A stretch of 64,000 nucleotides of DNA, from contig JAHPZI010000001.1 of assembly GCA_019058295.1 (NCBI GenBank), forward strand, positions 1 through 64,000, written 5' to 3'. Position 1 is the stretch's first letter. The number at the start of each line of letters is the position of its first letter. Of this stretch, positions 22,501 to 32,783 are shown piece by piece. Both the position numbers and the translations under genes were made by a program. The notes under the pieces are model-generated. The model was not told where the DNA came from, did no database searches, and saw only the letters and a program-made list of their open reading frames with translations. The DNA comes from Promethearchaeota archaeon (GTDB lineage: Archaea > Asgardarchaeota > Lokiarchaeia > Sigyniarchaeales > SOKP01).

Positions 22501-25500
22501 GGATGGATGAGTTTACTAGGTTTGAAATAATTATTATTATCGATTGATTTTAAGCTTATGTTGTTTAATAAATCCTCTAATTCTCCTTTTTCGTTATTAT
22601 AATAATAACGAAAGTTCTGATGCTGAAATAATAGATTGATTAATTGTGTGTGGTTATAATTATTAAATTCGGGATTTTTTGGAGAAAATAGATGAGAACA
22701 ATGATCTAAAATATATTTTAGAGGGATCCTTTGTGCTCGCTTAAGAAAATCAAATTCCCATTTAAAACTTAGTAATAATCTTTCAAGATTGCCATGAAGA
22801 TAAAATCTTTTCTCATTAAATTCACTTAAGAACTCTGGAACTTGAAATTCCCTTGAAATAAGATTACTATCATTTAAGTCTATCAATATATAATTAGTAT
22901 CCGAACCTTGAATGGCAGGGTATATTTTATAATCAGAGATATTTTCTATAAAAAACTTTTTTATACTTTCTGTTTGAAAATTTAAGGTTTTAAAAATTTT
23001 TAGAGAATTAATTACATATTTCAAATGTTTTTCATTTTGAATGCAAAATTCTTCAATTTTAAAGTAAGTTTCAATAATATAGAGTATCATAAAAGGTGGT
23101 AATTCTACATTACAATCTTCGTCTTTAATTTGTTGCTTTTGAAAGCATTCATATATATCCTTACCATTATAATCGACACCATCAATTCTTTTAATTTCCA
23201 TTATATCTTCGTTAAAAATGGATTTAAATACCTTAAAATAATCAGGATCCAACCAATTATCGAAGGGTTTTTTGTCATCTTCTGGAAATTTTTCCCAAAC
23301 ATCGTATATCGGTAGTTCTTCAATAAAATCGCTTAAAAAGATATTATATCGATTCGGTATTTGTTCTATTTTAAAAAAATTGTAATTTAAATTTGGAATT
23401 AAATAATAATTTTTTAAATCCTTTAGATTAAATCTAAATACTTTTAATATTCTTAAGAATTCTTCATAATCTTGTAAATTATCATTCTTAAAGAAATCTG
23501 GATTTTCATTTTTGAAGATTTTCATAAGAATCTTAAATAAATATCTCTTAGATGTCATAGAATTGGAAGATAGAATTAATTCAAAAGATTCCAACCTTTT
23601 AATTAGTTCAAGAGATTTTTTATTAGGGATATAAGAACCTAATTCGGGATTATCAATGAAACCTCTCAGAATACTAATTTGATCTTTATCTAGCTTCTCA
23701 AATTCATTTTCTAAGTATAATTTCTTTATAAATTTGAGTTGTCCATTACAATTTTCGAATTTTAGATTATCTATGTGTTTTAATATCTCTTGTTTGAATT
23801 CAATAATCAGATTTTTATTATTTTCAAGGAATTTCAGTATTATAATATAAAAATTGAACCAATTCTCCCATTCATTATTCTTTAACAGATATTCATTTAA
23901 AAAAAGGAGTAAAACTTCATATATATAAAGTTCTTTTGTAGATCTTCCGAAATTCTTGTCACTATTATGAATCCAATTCAATTCTAACCCTAATACATTT
24001 TTAGAATATGAAATTAAGAGATTTATTAGATTTTCATCTATATATATGTCCTGTATTTCAAATGTTACATTCTGATTAGATATTTTTGTGTATTTCTCAT
24101 AATTATATAATTTCGATAATATTATTATTTCCTCAGTACTACTAAAATCTGAATAATATAAATTTGAAAATCTCTCAAAAATTTCCTTACTCGAAAAGAA
24201 GATTAAGAAAATATCCTCTTCTTGCCGAACCAAGTCACTGGAATTTAAAAGGGTTAAAATACTGAATGGATTCTTTTCAATAATTTTATCTAGATTATTT
24301 TTAAACTTAATTTGTATAGTATTAGCAGATATAAATTTAGACCTAAATTCTGGGTAAATTACATCAAAATACTTTTGAATCCTAAATTTTTCTAATAAAG
24401 TATCTATTATTTCCCATAGCTCTGAATGTGTTATATTTATAATATTAAGATTTTCAGCAAAAGAGGTCTGAATCAATAAATCCAGATATCTTTGATCTCC
24501 CCAATATAAATCTGTAAATTTAAACAAGCCTTTTGATGATTCTGTTGTTGAAAAAATTGGGATCTTTAAAAGTATAGAAATCAAATCAGAGATAAAATAT
24601 TCCTCTCGGGGATCTTTTATGGAGGGAGCTTGTGTTAATAATAGATAATAATCTCTAAGTTTTATTGTATCTCCAAGGTTATCCCCTATTTTCTTAAATA
24701 CTTTTATAATCATTAGATGAAGATTCGATAGTATTTCTTTATTATCTAAATAAACTTTGGAACTGCGCGAATTATCAAACAAAAGTTTCATTAATTGATT
24801 TAAAGATGAATATAAATCTTCACGTTGCTTTTCTAGAAGTAGATCAATTATAATTTTATGAAAATCATTTAATTCTCCGTTAGAATCCTTTAATTTTTTT
24901 AATAACAGAAATAAAGGCAAATTAAGATCAATTTTTCCAAAGTTTTTATGGATTAAGTTAAGAATTTTCATGTATTCGGGAAATTCTTTAACAAAATCTT
25001 CCCTTATATAAAAAAAATCAGGGTTATTAATTTTGCAAATATAAACATCCCCAGAGCAATCTTCAAGATTCATTAGATAGTAATCGAATAATTCTTCTTT
25101 CACAAATCTATTATCTTTAAAAAAATGCCATTTTGCAAGTGCATCCTGAAAAGCTGTCAAATTATCATAAGAGCCAAAATACCCCTCCCATTGTGTTGAT
25201 GCGATATAGTCTAAATTTTTAATAAGGGGAATTTTACATGAATTTAAAATCATCTTAATTAATTCTAATATTTGGAAAGAATCTAGGTCTCTAGCGGCCA
25301 TTTCGGAATTATTAAATATTTCTTGGCAAAAGGTTTTCTTATTTAAATCATCACATAGATAAACAGATTCTTTGAAATAGCTTAATTTTGTCAATTTTGA
25401 TAAATTTTCTCGAAATTCTATGTTTAAATTACTTTTTATGAATTCTAAGATTTCTTTATTGCTTTTTTCTACAAAAATAATATCTGAAAATGGAATATAA

Positions 25501-26999
25501 CGATTTTTATCCCACCAGAATAAAATTTCTTTTTTTTTAGATAAATTCGTTTTTATTAGTTCGATCAATCCCTTCCTAAAGAGGTTATAAACTTTATTAT
25601 TATTATCTTTAAAAGGCACCAATCTTGTTAGATCTGTGAAATTATTTTTAGTTGATTGGCTTAACTTTTCATATAATTCGAGGAAACATTTAGGTGCTTT
25701 CTCAGTTAGTAAAACTTCATTTATATCCCTTTTCCATTTTTCACTATCTTCTTTTATTTCTAAATCTTCTCTGGAATTTATTAGGGAAAAATGACCATGC
25801 AAAATAAAATTAAAGTCTGGTTTTCTGTTTATAACAGGAAAGTAGGCATAAAGAGTATTCTCAGAATCTTGATCTTCCGAGTGATATTGATTTTTTTTAT
25901 CTTTTTTGAATTTAAAGGCTATTTTTATTTCTCTTTCTCCAATATCTTTATCTTCCTTATCTTTAAGATTTAAATCTTCGCTAACTGTATGAATAACATA
26001 TAATCCATCTTCGATCTTAGATATTGGTATCCCTTTTGTCTTTATAGGGTCAACTTTAAGAGAATATGATTCTTCATCAAAAATCATTTTAATTTTCGAT
26101 AATGGTTCTAAAAATAGCATAAATTTTTGATCGATATAACGTATATGATTTTCAAAAGCCCGGATGTTTTCCTCCGCAATTCTCTCTAAATAAAATTTGT
26201 TATTAAGTTCAATTAATTCAGTATCATTAGAAAACTCTTGAAGTTCCCATTCAATTGCTTCTTTATCATCCAAAATGAGATTTAAACGAAATTCAAATGG
26301 TTTAGAAATGATAATAGCTGAGTTAGAGAAATCGCGGACACTTTTGAAACCAATTCCAAAATAACCTATATTTTTTCGATTTTTATAGCCTTGGCCTATA
26401 CTTGAAATACCCCAAACATCCATAGGCGTAAACTTATTACCATTATTGGCAAAAATAAGATATGATTTTCCCTTTATTTTAACTTCTTTTAATAAAACGC
26501 AATCTGATTCAGCGTCTCGAGCATTTTGAAGCAATTCAAAAAAAAAATGCCAATCACCAGAATATTGGCTAGCAATTCCTTCCATTGCATTTTCATCTTT
26601 AGTGAATACATATAATTCATTAATAGCAGCATATAATAGTTTATGATATTTCTTTTCTTTAAGCAAATGCAACTCTTTATCTAAATCATAATTTACAAAT
26701 AGAAATTTAATAAAATCATTAATATCAGGATTAGATATGATTTTTTTTGCTAAAGAGTTTAAAATCAATCTAGAATTATCTGGATCCCCATAATTTAGGA
26801 AAGAACGCTGGATCTCACAAGCAATATCAACTATTCGAGATATTTCGTTAATATTTTCTTTTTTTAGAATCAAATCTTTATTTGATATAGATGTAAAGTA
26901 GTCTAGGATTTCATTAAAACTTCTTTCAGGATTTTCATTAATTAATTTGTCAAAGTGATTTTTGACAAAACGTGGTTTCTGAATCATTAATTGACTCAT
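19506..26999 (-). CDS. 2497-aa sacsin/NO VEIN-like GHKL ATPase protein with putative C-terminal Zn-binding HNH-like nuclease
   Basis: ELLQNARDA, NNGNKF, IGYFGIGFKSV and LYAYFP...FILHGHF are sacsin-type HATPase motifs. A Pro/Lys-rich linker precedes C-terminal Y..CQIC...LILCHNH. Confidence 0.8.
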   Translation of the reverse strand: MSQLMIQKPRFVKNHFDKLINENPERSFNEILDYFTSISNKDLILKKENINEISRIVDIACEIQRSFLNYGDPDNSRLILNSLAKKIISNPDINDFIKFLFVNYDLDKELHLLKEKKYHKLLYAAINELYVFTKDENAMEGIASQYSGDWHFFFELLQNARDAESDCVLLKEVKIKGKSYLIFANNGNKFTPMDVWGISSIGQGYKNRKNIGYFGIGFKSVRDFSNSAIIISKPFEFRLNLILDDKEAIEWELQEFSNDTELIELNNKFYLERIAEENIRAFENHIRYIDQKFMLFLEPLSKIKMIFDEESYSLKVDPIKTKGIPISKIEDGLYVIHTVSEDLNLKDKEDKDIGEREIKIAFKFKKDKKNQYHSEDQDSENTLYAYFPVINRKPDFNFILHGHFSLINSREDLEIKEDSEKWKRDINEVLLTEKAPKCFLELYEKLSQSTKNNFTDLTRLVPFKDNNNKVYNLFRKGLIELIKTNLSKKKEILFWWDKNRYIPFSDIIFVEKSNKEILEFIKSNLNIEFRENLSKLTKLSYFKESVYLCDDLNKKTFCQEIFNNSEMAARDLDSFQILELIKMILNSCKIPLIKNLDYIASTQWEGYFGSYDNLTAFQDALAKWHFFKDNRFVKEELFDYYLMNLEDCSGDVYICKINNPDFFYIREDFVKEFPEYMKILNLIHKNFGKIDLNLPLFLLLKKLKDSNGELNDFHKIIIDLLLEKQREDLYSSLNQLMKLLFDNSRSSKVYLDNKEILSNLHLMIIKVFKKIGDNLGDTIKLRDYYLLLTQAPSIKDPREEYFISDLISILLKIPIFSTTESSKGLFKFTDLYWGDQRYLDLLIQTSFAENLNIINITHSELWEIIDTLLEKFRIQKYFDVIYPEFRSKFISANTIQIKFKNNLDKIIEKNPFSILTLLNSSDLVRQEEDIFLIFFSSKEIFERFSNLYYSDFSSTEEIIILSKLYNYEKYTKISNQNVTFEIQDIYIDENLINLLISYSKNVLGLELNWIHNSDKNFGRSTKELYIYEVLLLFLNEYLLKNNEWENWFNFYIIILKFLENNKNLIIEFKQEILKHIDNLKFENCNGQLKFIKKLYLENEFEKLDKDQISILRGFIDNPELGSYIPNKKSLELIKRLESFELILSSNSMTSKRYLFKILMKIFKNENPDFFKNDNLQDYEEFLRILKVFRFNLKDLKNYYLIPNLNYNFFKIEQIPNRYNIFLSDFIEELPIYDVWEKFPEDDKKPFDNWLDPDYFKVFKSIFNEDIMEIKRIDGVDYNGKDIYECFQKQQIKDEDCNVELPPFMILYIIETYFKIEEFCIQNEKHLKYVINSLKIFKTLNFQTESIKKFFIENISDYKIYPAIQGSDTNYILIDLNDSNLISREFQVPEFLSEFNEKRFYLHGNLERLLLSFKWEFDFLKRAQRIPLKYILDHCSHLFSPKNPEFNNYNHTQLINLLFQHQNFRYYYNNEKGELEDLLNNISLKSIDNNNYFKPSKLIHPVLYKEIILWWNSLFNIKFPKNSLVNTLDLNFYKIEQLNFIKHAFKIDDLLIFGSKISILDVLEIFYRILNERQEIISNYIAVYQKFGENFSKVYNNEYFSEKERPNKGELQEKLINLLIFLMKGIKKENKIFNKFFFSIKDLNQKKYRYIIPEEEIITIDDEFFNPVHRLSKYADENKIEDKIIPFFNSIKNLTLDTIRKVIIKSENILEIIVALNNLFSQHSFDNQKGSEIYLSLRNILTWFDETYTLDKLFRRDSDLEIPNIQIYLKDCAYLDDFLQNLNDFKFFIKFFDIKKIKYEHILNRLKDLSLNAKLHSKNILDILILLNSKNKIYEYFEVLRCLEIIPVINLATNQKEYQSFDTLLSSNTLYSTKTLIIENIIEYWSDAQALRDSPSFLLFDKTYRKSTGDWEKVTEAMLNAAVENQNLKLTSIDTYPDILNYYKFEPEEEEKLFVNETRFFKEMLSFLDENGSKKPFKNLKMKGINLKCVDSPYSFRRIIKAYGDIKIQTFNGREIELNNIYLRKLFKVDEAKKKINYSDDLELSDLEEHYMRHLFDSIFPNNSGDINEVNEFSSIFYWRVDFTESKLNEFESNPDTLRKYLEKKEIGLVSKTITDIRDNIMDFIEEILTIKESYQDDSDIFNILEVLKAELIIEEKLNKSKFTVQKPRIRINPEDYEDFSEQDTKELLRDFLSVFQKYKGSQKKYPYISNIDLKRFNDILSLKVPEKVNITPIEPEIPTPSPIIRPEGKSLEPTSESPPKKKPSSPPTQQPKRKRKKGGNVGGNFPVPKFPPKIENPFKEKFTTEKKKTEEKRVSKKELIGEPKKFQDDAENLLRDIYSGTAHEPGVPCQICRSYCRECEMHGDVRDGYPCTATCSLIHFNSKGLVSSRRFKLWTTNEYEQLETEINVDLEDFFRGYMLILCHNHGLAFSGFKEDIRNQIYEKYTKGEYETLAGGDLLIALNNLLFLDNEEEVPVELIFSKEHIECFKYTYEIFNGR

Positions 27000-29900
27000 A
27001 ATTCATCTGCCTCCTTTTTTCCAATTAAAATTGCTCCTATATCTATAATAGAAACCGAAATTTCTTTATTATATTTAATATCTAGAGCTTCAAGTGCATT
27101 TTTTTTTCGATTTATATTTTTACTAATCTGTCCTTCATATAGGCGCTCAATTTTTTTACCTTTAACTTTCTCTAATGTTTTTCTTAAATTGTCAATCTTA
27201 TTATCATACCTATGATTGATTTGCTCTCTCTTATACTTATATAATTGTTCCATTCTTATTTTTTGCTCTTTTATTAGTTGTTCCTTGATTGATATAATCT
27301 CTAAAAAACATTGATCAAATGCTTTATCAATAAGTTCTGGTTTAAATTGATGTTTTGTCGCTAATTCAAATTTATCTATTGATATCTGTTCAAACAGATA
27401 ATTAGCGATATCATGTTCTACTATCTCTTCTGAGTCTAAGTGATATCCTATAACTTCAATTCGAGATTCTTTTTGTATTCCCTCACTTCTAAGTAAAAAT
27501 ATACGCAATAAAATTGAATTGAATGGTGCCCCATTAAGCGGTCTAAGTAATGTATTTTGAGAGAATTTTATAGAGTTCTTTTCTTTAAATAATTTTATTA
27601 AAACTTTAGCCAATATATGTTTTAAACTAAGTAAATCAATATCATTGCTAAAATCAGAAGCCAATTCTACATCATATGTGACTAGAATTGGTTTATAGCG
27701 TCTCTTTTTAGAATTTAGTGAGCTATCAATGCGATAAATAAAACTTCGTAAATTTTCATTGATACTTTCAGGTTTTAATTCAATTGCTTGCAGTTTAGTT
27801 ATGAGATTTTCTGATGTTATTAGATAGTATAATCTAGGAGAATTAGGAATCCCTTTTTTCGTTAAATAATTTGAAATACTATCATTTTTTTCACATTTTT
27901 CTAAAAAAGTACCAGAGAAATTAGTTTTTAATAAAAAATTGAGTGCCTCAAATAGTTCTTTTAAAGAAAAGGGATTTCTCTTGTCATTTATAAACTTTTC
28001 CTCAAATATTAATGTTTTTCCAGTATTTCCTTTAATCTCATCTAATCTTTCTTCAATTTTTTCCATATCTAGCTTTTTACGAGCTAAATTTTCTTCTAAT
28101 TTATTCACAATCTCTTCTAATTCATCTTCTGTCCGTTCTGGATGATAAAGTAATTCTCTTCTTCTGGAGAAATACTCTTCTAGAATAGGATTTAGAAAAA
28201 TCAGATTTTCTCTCACTATTTCTATTCTCTGATAAAGACGGTGTAAAATTCTATCTTCAATTGAATTACGAATATATACATTAGTGATAAAAATCGGTTT
28301 TTTTTGACCATAACGATCTAATCTCCCAATTCTTTGTTCTAGTTTCATCGGATTCCATGGAAGATCATAATTTATTAAGCAATTACAAAATTGAAGATCG
28401 ATACCTTCAGCTCCAATTTCAGATAAAACTAAAATTTGAATTTGATTTTTCTCGAATAGATTAAATAAGTTTTCACGTTGGTCTAATTCAATATCTCCAT
28501 GAATATATTCCGCTCTAATAGGGCGACCAAAAATATTTTCCTCTCTAGAAAAGTCGGTTTCATTTAATCTTCTAGTGATATATTCAATCGTAGATTTAAA
28601 ATATGAGAATATTATTATTTGTTCATTTCCAGCGATAAAATACTCTCTTATTTTTTCTAATACTGCATTAAATTTAGAATCAGTTGGGCCTATTAATTCT
28701 TCATAGTCTAATAATTGATTGATTTCTTCAATTTCATTGTTTTGAAGTAAAATGGAATCAGTCTGAGACTCATCTTGAAAGTCCTCATCCTCATATTCTA
28801 ATGCCATTCTATGCGTTTCTAACATACGGCGGAGTTTATTGAATGTGCCATGAATACTACTTGCGATTACTCTCTGGGGCATAATTTCAACTAAATGAAT
28901 TGGAACAAATCCTTCTGCTCTTCGAACTATTAATTGAATAAAAAAACTACGTGCTTTTGAATAGAATTCTTTTTCTATACCCGTAAATGTTAATAAGATT
29001 GGTTCCTCCGGATGTCTTACTGGGAATAAATTTTCATGATCTACAATATCTCTCTTGCGTGTGTTATTTAAAATTGTTGAAAGAAAATTTATTTTTTCTA
29101 AATAGTGTTTAATCTTGCTAAGTATATCTGGAGTTCTAAAGCGTTCATCTTTAAGATATCGGAATAAGTTTCCATCTGTTAAGATTCTGCCATAGATTAA
29201 TTTTGAAAAAGAATTTCCATTAGATAAAAATCTCAATTCTTCTTCAATGAGCTTTATACAATCGATATTACCTACATCAAGGTAATTTTGAATCTTAATC
29301 AGACTTCTATTAGGTTCCATAATTTCATTAAACTCTGTGAGTGTTAATTCTCCTTGGTATACAAGAAGATTTAATAGATTGAATAGATCGTTAATACTAA
29401 GATTGATCGGAGTAGCTGTGAGAAATAAACTATATTCACAATTTTCTAACAAAATCCTCGCTATTCTGTGAGATAATGTAGTTGTATTACGTAAATGATG
29501 TGCCTCATCAAAAATGATTAAATCAAAGGTTTCAAATTCCTGAAGGTTAAGACCTTCTTTATTTATTAATCCTTGAGCTAATTGATCCACAATCTCATTT
29601 CTCCTAATTAATTCCAGTCCTACAACAAGCTTAGGGTATTTGGCCCGATTTTGAAATTTAAGAATCAAATCTTTACTATTTTCAACACGCTCTAATTTCT
29701 CATTAAAAAATCTCTTAAGTTCAAAAATCCATTTTGGGACTAAATTTTTAGGACAGACAACTAGAACTGAATGTATCTCATCTCTCGCTAATAATTCTGA
29801 AAGAATATATCCGGCCTCAATGGTTTTTCCGACACCAACTTCGTCAGCAATCAATAATCGGCCAGTATCAGAATCAAGGATCTTCATTAATGGGCGAAAT

Positions 29901-30208
29901 TGATAAGGCAAAAAATCTGCTGAGGAAGAATTCTCAAAAAAGATCCCTGATAAGTTATATTGGATTTTGGCAAATAATAGGTTTCTTTTAAAATCATCAA
30001 AGGGAATAGAAATATTATTCTTGACTTTCTCTTCTATAGAAGTATATTCTGTTTTATAAATCTTTAAATCAGATTCAGCATAGAACTCTTCATAATCGTC
30101 AATTTTAACGGTATAATATTTTTTTCCTCCAATATCTTTTATATGAACGATTATGCCCTTGATATCAGGTTTACGTTTAATAAATACATTATCATTGATT
30201 CTAAACAT
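26996..30208 (-). CDS. SNF2/RapA-like helicase
   Basis: LIADEVGVGKT, DEAHH, TATP, EGIDLQ, WNPMKLEQRIGRLDRYGQ. 4-bp ATGA overlap with the downstream gene. Confidence 0.9.
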   Translation of the reverse strand: MFRINDNVFIKRKPDIKGIIVHIKDIGGKKYYTVKIDDYEEFYAESDLKIYKTEYTSIEEKVKNNISIPFDDFKRNLLFAKIQYNLSGIFFENSSSADFLPYQFRPLMKILDSDTGRLLIADEVGVGKTIEAGYILSELLARDEIHSVLVVCPKNLVPKWIFELKRFFNEKLERVENSKDLILKFQNRAKYPKLVVGLELIRRNEIVDQLAQGLINKEGLNLQEFETFDLIIFDEAHHLRNTTTLSHRIARILLENCEYSLFLTATPINLSINDLFNLLNLLVYQGELTLTEFNEIMEPNRSLIKIQNYLDVGNIDCIKLIEEELRFLSNGNSFSKLIYGRILTDGNLFRYLKDERFRTPDILSKIKHYLEKINFLSTILNNTRKRDIVDHENLFPVRHPEEPILLTFTGIEKEFYSKARSFFIQLIVRRAEGFVPIHLVEIMPQRVIASSIHGTFNKLRRMLETHRMALEYEDEDFQDESQTDSILLQNNEIEEINQLLDYEELIGPTDSKFNAVLEKIREYFIAGNEQIIIFSYFKSTIEYITRRLNETDFSREENIFGRPIRAEYIHGDIELDQRENLFNLFEKNQIQILVLSEIGAEGIDLQFCNCLINYDLPWNPMKLEQRIGRLDRYGQKKPIFITNVYIRNSIEDRILHRLYQRIEIVRENLIFLNPILEEYFSRRRELLYHPERTEDELEEIVNKLEENLARKKLDMEKIEERLDEIKGNTGKTLIFEEKFINDKRNPFSLKELFEALNFLLKTNFSGTFLEKCEKNDSISNYLTKKGIPNSPRLYYLITSENLITKLQAIELKPESINENLRSFIYRIDSSLNSKKRRYKPILVTYDVELASDFSNDIDLLSLKHILAKVLIKLFKEKNSIKFSQNTLLRPLNGAPFNSILLRIFLLRSEGIQKESRIEVIGYHLDSEEIVEHDIANYLFEQISIDKFELATKHQFKPELIDKAFDQCFLEIISIKEQLIKEQKIRMEQLYKYKREQINHRYDNKIDNLRKTLEKVKGKKIERLYEGQISKNINRKKNALEALDIKYNKEISVSIIDIGAILIGKKEADEL

Positions 30209-30507
30209 AATTTTAAAACTTGGACTTTTTTTCTCAACTATTTAAATCTTTTTTTATAAAGTTTTAAACTTTTTTGTCTTAATAAATTAAATTCTAAAAA
30301 AATTAATTAATTTTAAGAGATAGAAAAAAAACTAAAAATTTAGAATGTAAAAAAAAATTCACTCTTATTATAAATCTCGATTATTAGATTGGGAATAAGA
30401 AGATTGAAATATGTTCCATAAAAATCAATAATAAGATGGAAGCAAAAAGGGCAGTATAAATAGTTAAGGGTGGAAATTAGTTAAAAAAGTTCAATGAAGG
30501 GATAAGA

Positions 30508-31047
30508 TTGAAAGAAGAAATTTATATATTTGACATTGATGATTGTATTATGCCTGCCATTATATCAAACTCTGAGGATAATAATCATTCCAGAGAACAA
30601 ACAGTAAAAGAATCAATAAGTAATGGACACAAAATCAAGCTATATCCCGATTTTATTAATTACTATAAGCAGCACTGCGAGCGAGCAAAATTAGTATTTT
30701 TTATTACGGGGAGAAAAAAAAGTGAATTTGGCAGTCTTACTGAATTTCAATTAAAACCATTAGATAGAATAAAAAGATACCAGATAATTTATTATCCTGA
30801 AGGAAAAGGACATCAAACTGATGAATATTTTGAATGGAAAATAAAAAAGATTGAAGAAATTTTAGAAAACAATGCAAAATATCAATTAAATAAATCTAAT
30901 AATGACAAAAATGACTTATCCGTTAAGATTTTCGATGATATGAATGATTACTTTTCTAAAGTAGAAGATTTAGCAAAAAAGTTTGAAATTAAGATTAAAT
31001 TCCATTTGATTAAGGGAGAGAAAAGCTGGATTAAGTTGAATAATTAA
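30508..31047 (+). CDS. HAD-superfamily phosphatase-like protein
   Basis: FDIDD (motif I), ITGR (II), K (III), FDD (IV). Capless architecture. Confidence 0.75.
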   Translation: MKEEIYIFDIDDCIMPAIISNSEDNNHSREQTVKESISNGHKIKLYPDFINYYKQHCERAKLVFFITGRKKSEFGSLTEFQLKPLDRIKRYQIIYYPEGKGHQTDEYFEWKIKKIEEILENNAKYQLNKSNNDKNDLSVKIFDDMNDYFSKVEDLAKKFEIKIKFHLIKGEKSWIKLNN

Positions 31048-31073
31048 ATATAATAAAAGATAATCAAAATTTT

Positions 31074-32573
31074 TTAAGACACCTCTATTTGAAATCCATT
31101 TTCTTTATCTTGTGGGATTATTACATTTATATCTTTATTGGAGAGAAGTTTTTCAAAAAGTTCTGGGTATTTGGTGTGAATTGGTATTAAATTTTCAGGA
31201 TTTATTTCCATTATATATTTGTAGATATCATGAGGTATCGCATGACCTGAGGCGTTAATTCTATAGGAAGGAATGTGGAGGTTTAATAGTTTTTTTTCTA
31301 ATGTTTTTGAATCATCATAGAAATGATCTGTATAAGGATCTATGGTTGAAGAGAGAAAAAGCCCTTTTAGATGGTTAGGTAAAGATTCAAGAAGTTGCTC
31401 CTTATTTAAGGAGGTAATATTCAGGAAAAAATTTCCCTCAGAATTTGTAATATCTTCAAATTCAATATATCTCCACATTTTCTCATGCTTTTTGAGCATA
31501 TTTTCAATAAAAGGCTTCCATGGATATCGTCTATGAGATTGTTTTAGGATATAAATATGATCATCCTTCCTAATGTGAGGATTTTTCATAGTAGGATAGA
31601 TGGCTTTTTTATTCAAGCGATAATAGAAATAGGCGTCTTTTTCTGTAATAATATATTTCCAATTGTGTTGCTTAGCGATGGTTGCATAGGTCCGAAAGCG
31701 ATCCCAATCTCCTCTATCATATTTTACTAAGAAATAATTAAAGAAAATATTTTTAAATAAAGTTTTTAGATTTTTCTTGACCGTACGCTCTGATTCAATA
31801 GCTCCCTTATGGATATGGGTTCCTTCACAAATTAGACATTTAACTCGTGAATTATTATTTATTTCATTTTTTGGAGGATCTCCCCTCCTTAAAAGTTCTT
31901 TTACTTTCAATAATAAATCACCTGTCATATAAGAAAGGGGTCCATGCAACCGAAAATCTCCGGAATAGACTACAATTCCCGCTGATGTCTTAAAAATAAA
32001 GCCATATGAGCCAGGAACAGAATGATCCACGTGAATAGGTATAATCTCTAAGCCTTTAATATCAATGATATTGCCAGTTCTAAAAAGTTTCCATTTTAAA
32101 CCCGTATAAAAATTGTCCATTCGGAATCCCCTTGTGTCATAATGAGACAGTATTATTTTTTTAGTAGTTACACCGGTATAAATCGGGATATTACGATTTA
32201 GTAACGTTATACCATAGTAATGATCTCTATGAGCATGAGAGATTAACAATCCATGGATTTTAGTTGGAGGATCAGTTTTATTTTTACACTCACCTACTTT
32301 TTGCCCATGTCTCTGCTTTTTATGATTAAAGATATAATATTTTGAATAGAGATTTCTTAGTACTTCTCCTTTAGGGCGAGGAATCAATTTAGCTTTGAAA
32401 AGGCTTTCTATATTCGAAGGAGCATCATAATTAAAAGATGGGTTGTATCGTTCAAAATTTATTCCAAAATCAATTAGTAAATTTACATCAAATCCTAAAT
32501 CTTCTAAAAGAACACAATTTCCTCCGATCTCGTTGATTCCCCCCAATAAAGTTATTTTTAGTGTAGATTTCAT
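31074..32573 (-). CDS. RNase J-like metallo-beta-lactamase/beta-CASP nuclease
   Basis: GGINEIGGN, SHAHRDH, VDHS, GDFRLHG, ASGHA, PIHT. Confidence 0.85.
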   Translation of the reverse strand: MKSTLKITLLGGINEIGGNCVLLEDLGFDVNLLIDFGINFERYNPSFNYDAPSNIESLFKAKLIPRPKGEVLRNLYSKYYIFNHKKQRHGQKVGECKNKTDPPTKIHGLLISHAHRDHYYGITLLNRNIPIYTGVTTKKIILSHYDTRGFRMDNFYTGLKWKLFRTGNIIDIKGLEIIPIHVDHSVPGSYGFIFKTSAGIVVYSGDFRLHGPLSYMTGDLLLKVKELLRRGDPPKNEINNNSRVKCLICEGTHIHKGAIESERTVKKNLKTLFKNIFFNYFLVKYDRGDWDRFRTYATIAKQHNWKYIITEKDAYFYYRLNKKAIYPTMKNPHIRKDDHIYILKQSHRRYPWKPFIENMLKKHEKMWRYIEFEDITNSEGNFFLNITSLNKEQLLESLPNHLKGLFLSSTIDPYTDHFYDDSKTLEKKLLNLHIPSYRINASGHAIPHDIYKYIMEINPENLIPIHTKYPELFEKLLSNKDINVIIPQDKENGFQIEVS

Positions 32574-32738
32574 TTTAAAATCTCCCTATCTCAATAAAAT
32601 CTTAAAATAAATAATTAAAAATATTTTATATCAGACATATAGGTCAAAATTTTTTTTATAATATAATAGTCTGAATAGTTCTTAATAAAATTTTTATATC
32701 ACAATTAAGAGGAGTCCTGAAAGTTATCCTTCAATATA

Positions 32739-32781
32739 AATTTGGGAACTAAAAAAGCAGAAGAATGGAGGAATGCCTTGA
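32739..32781 (+). repeat. left copy of imperfect 43-bp direct repeat
   Basis: aatttgggaactaaaaaagcagaagaatggaggaatgccttga is 38/43 identical to 45337..45379. Confidence 0.85.
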
Positions 32782-32783
32782 TA

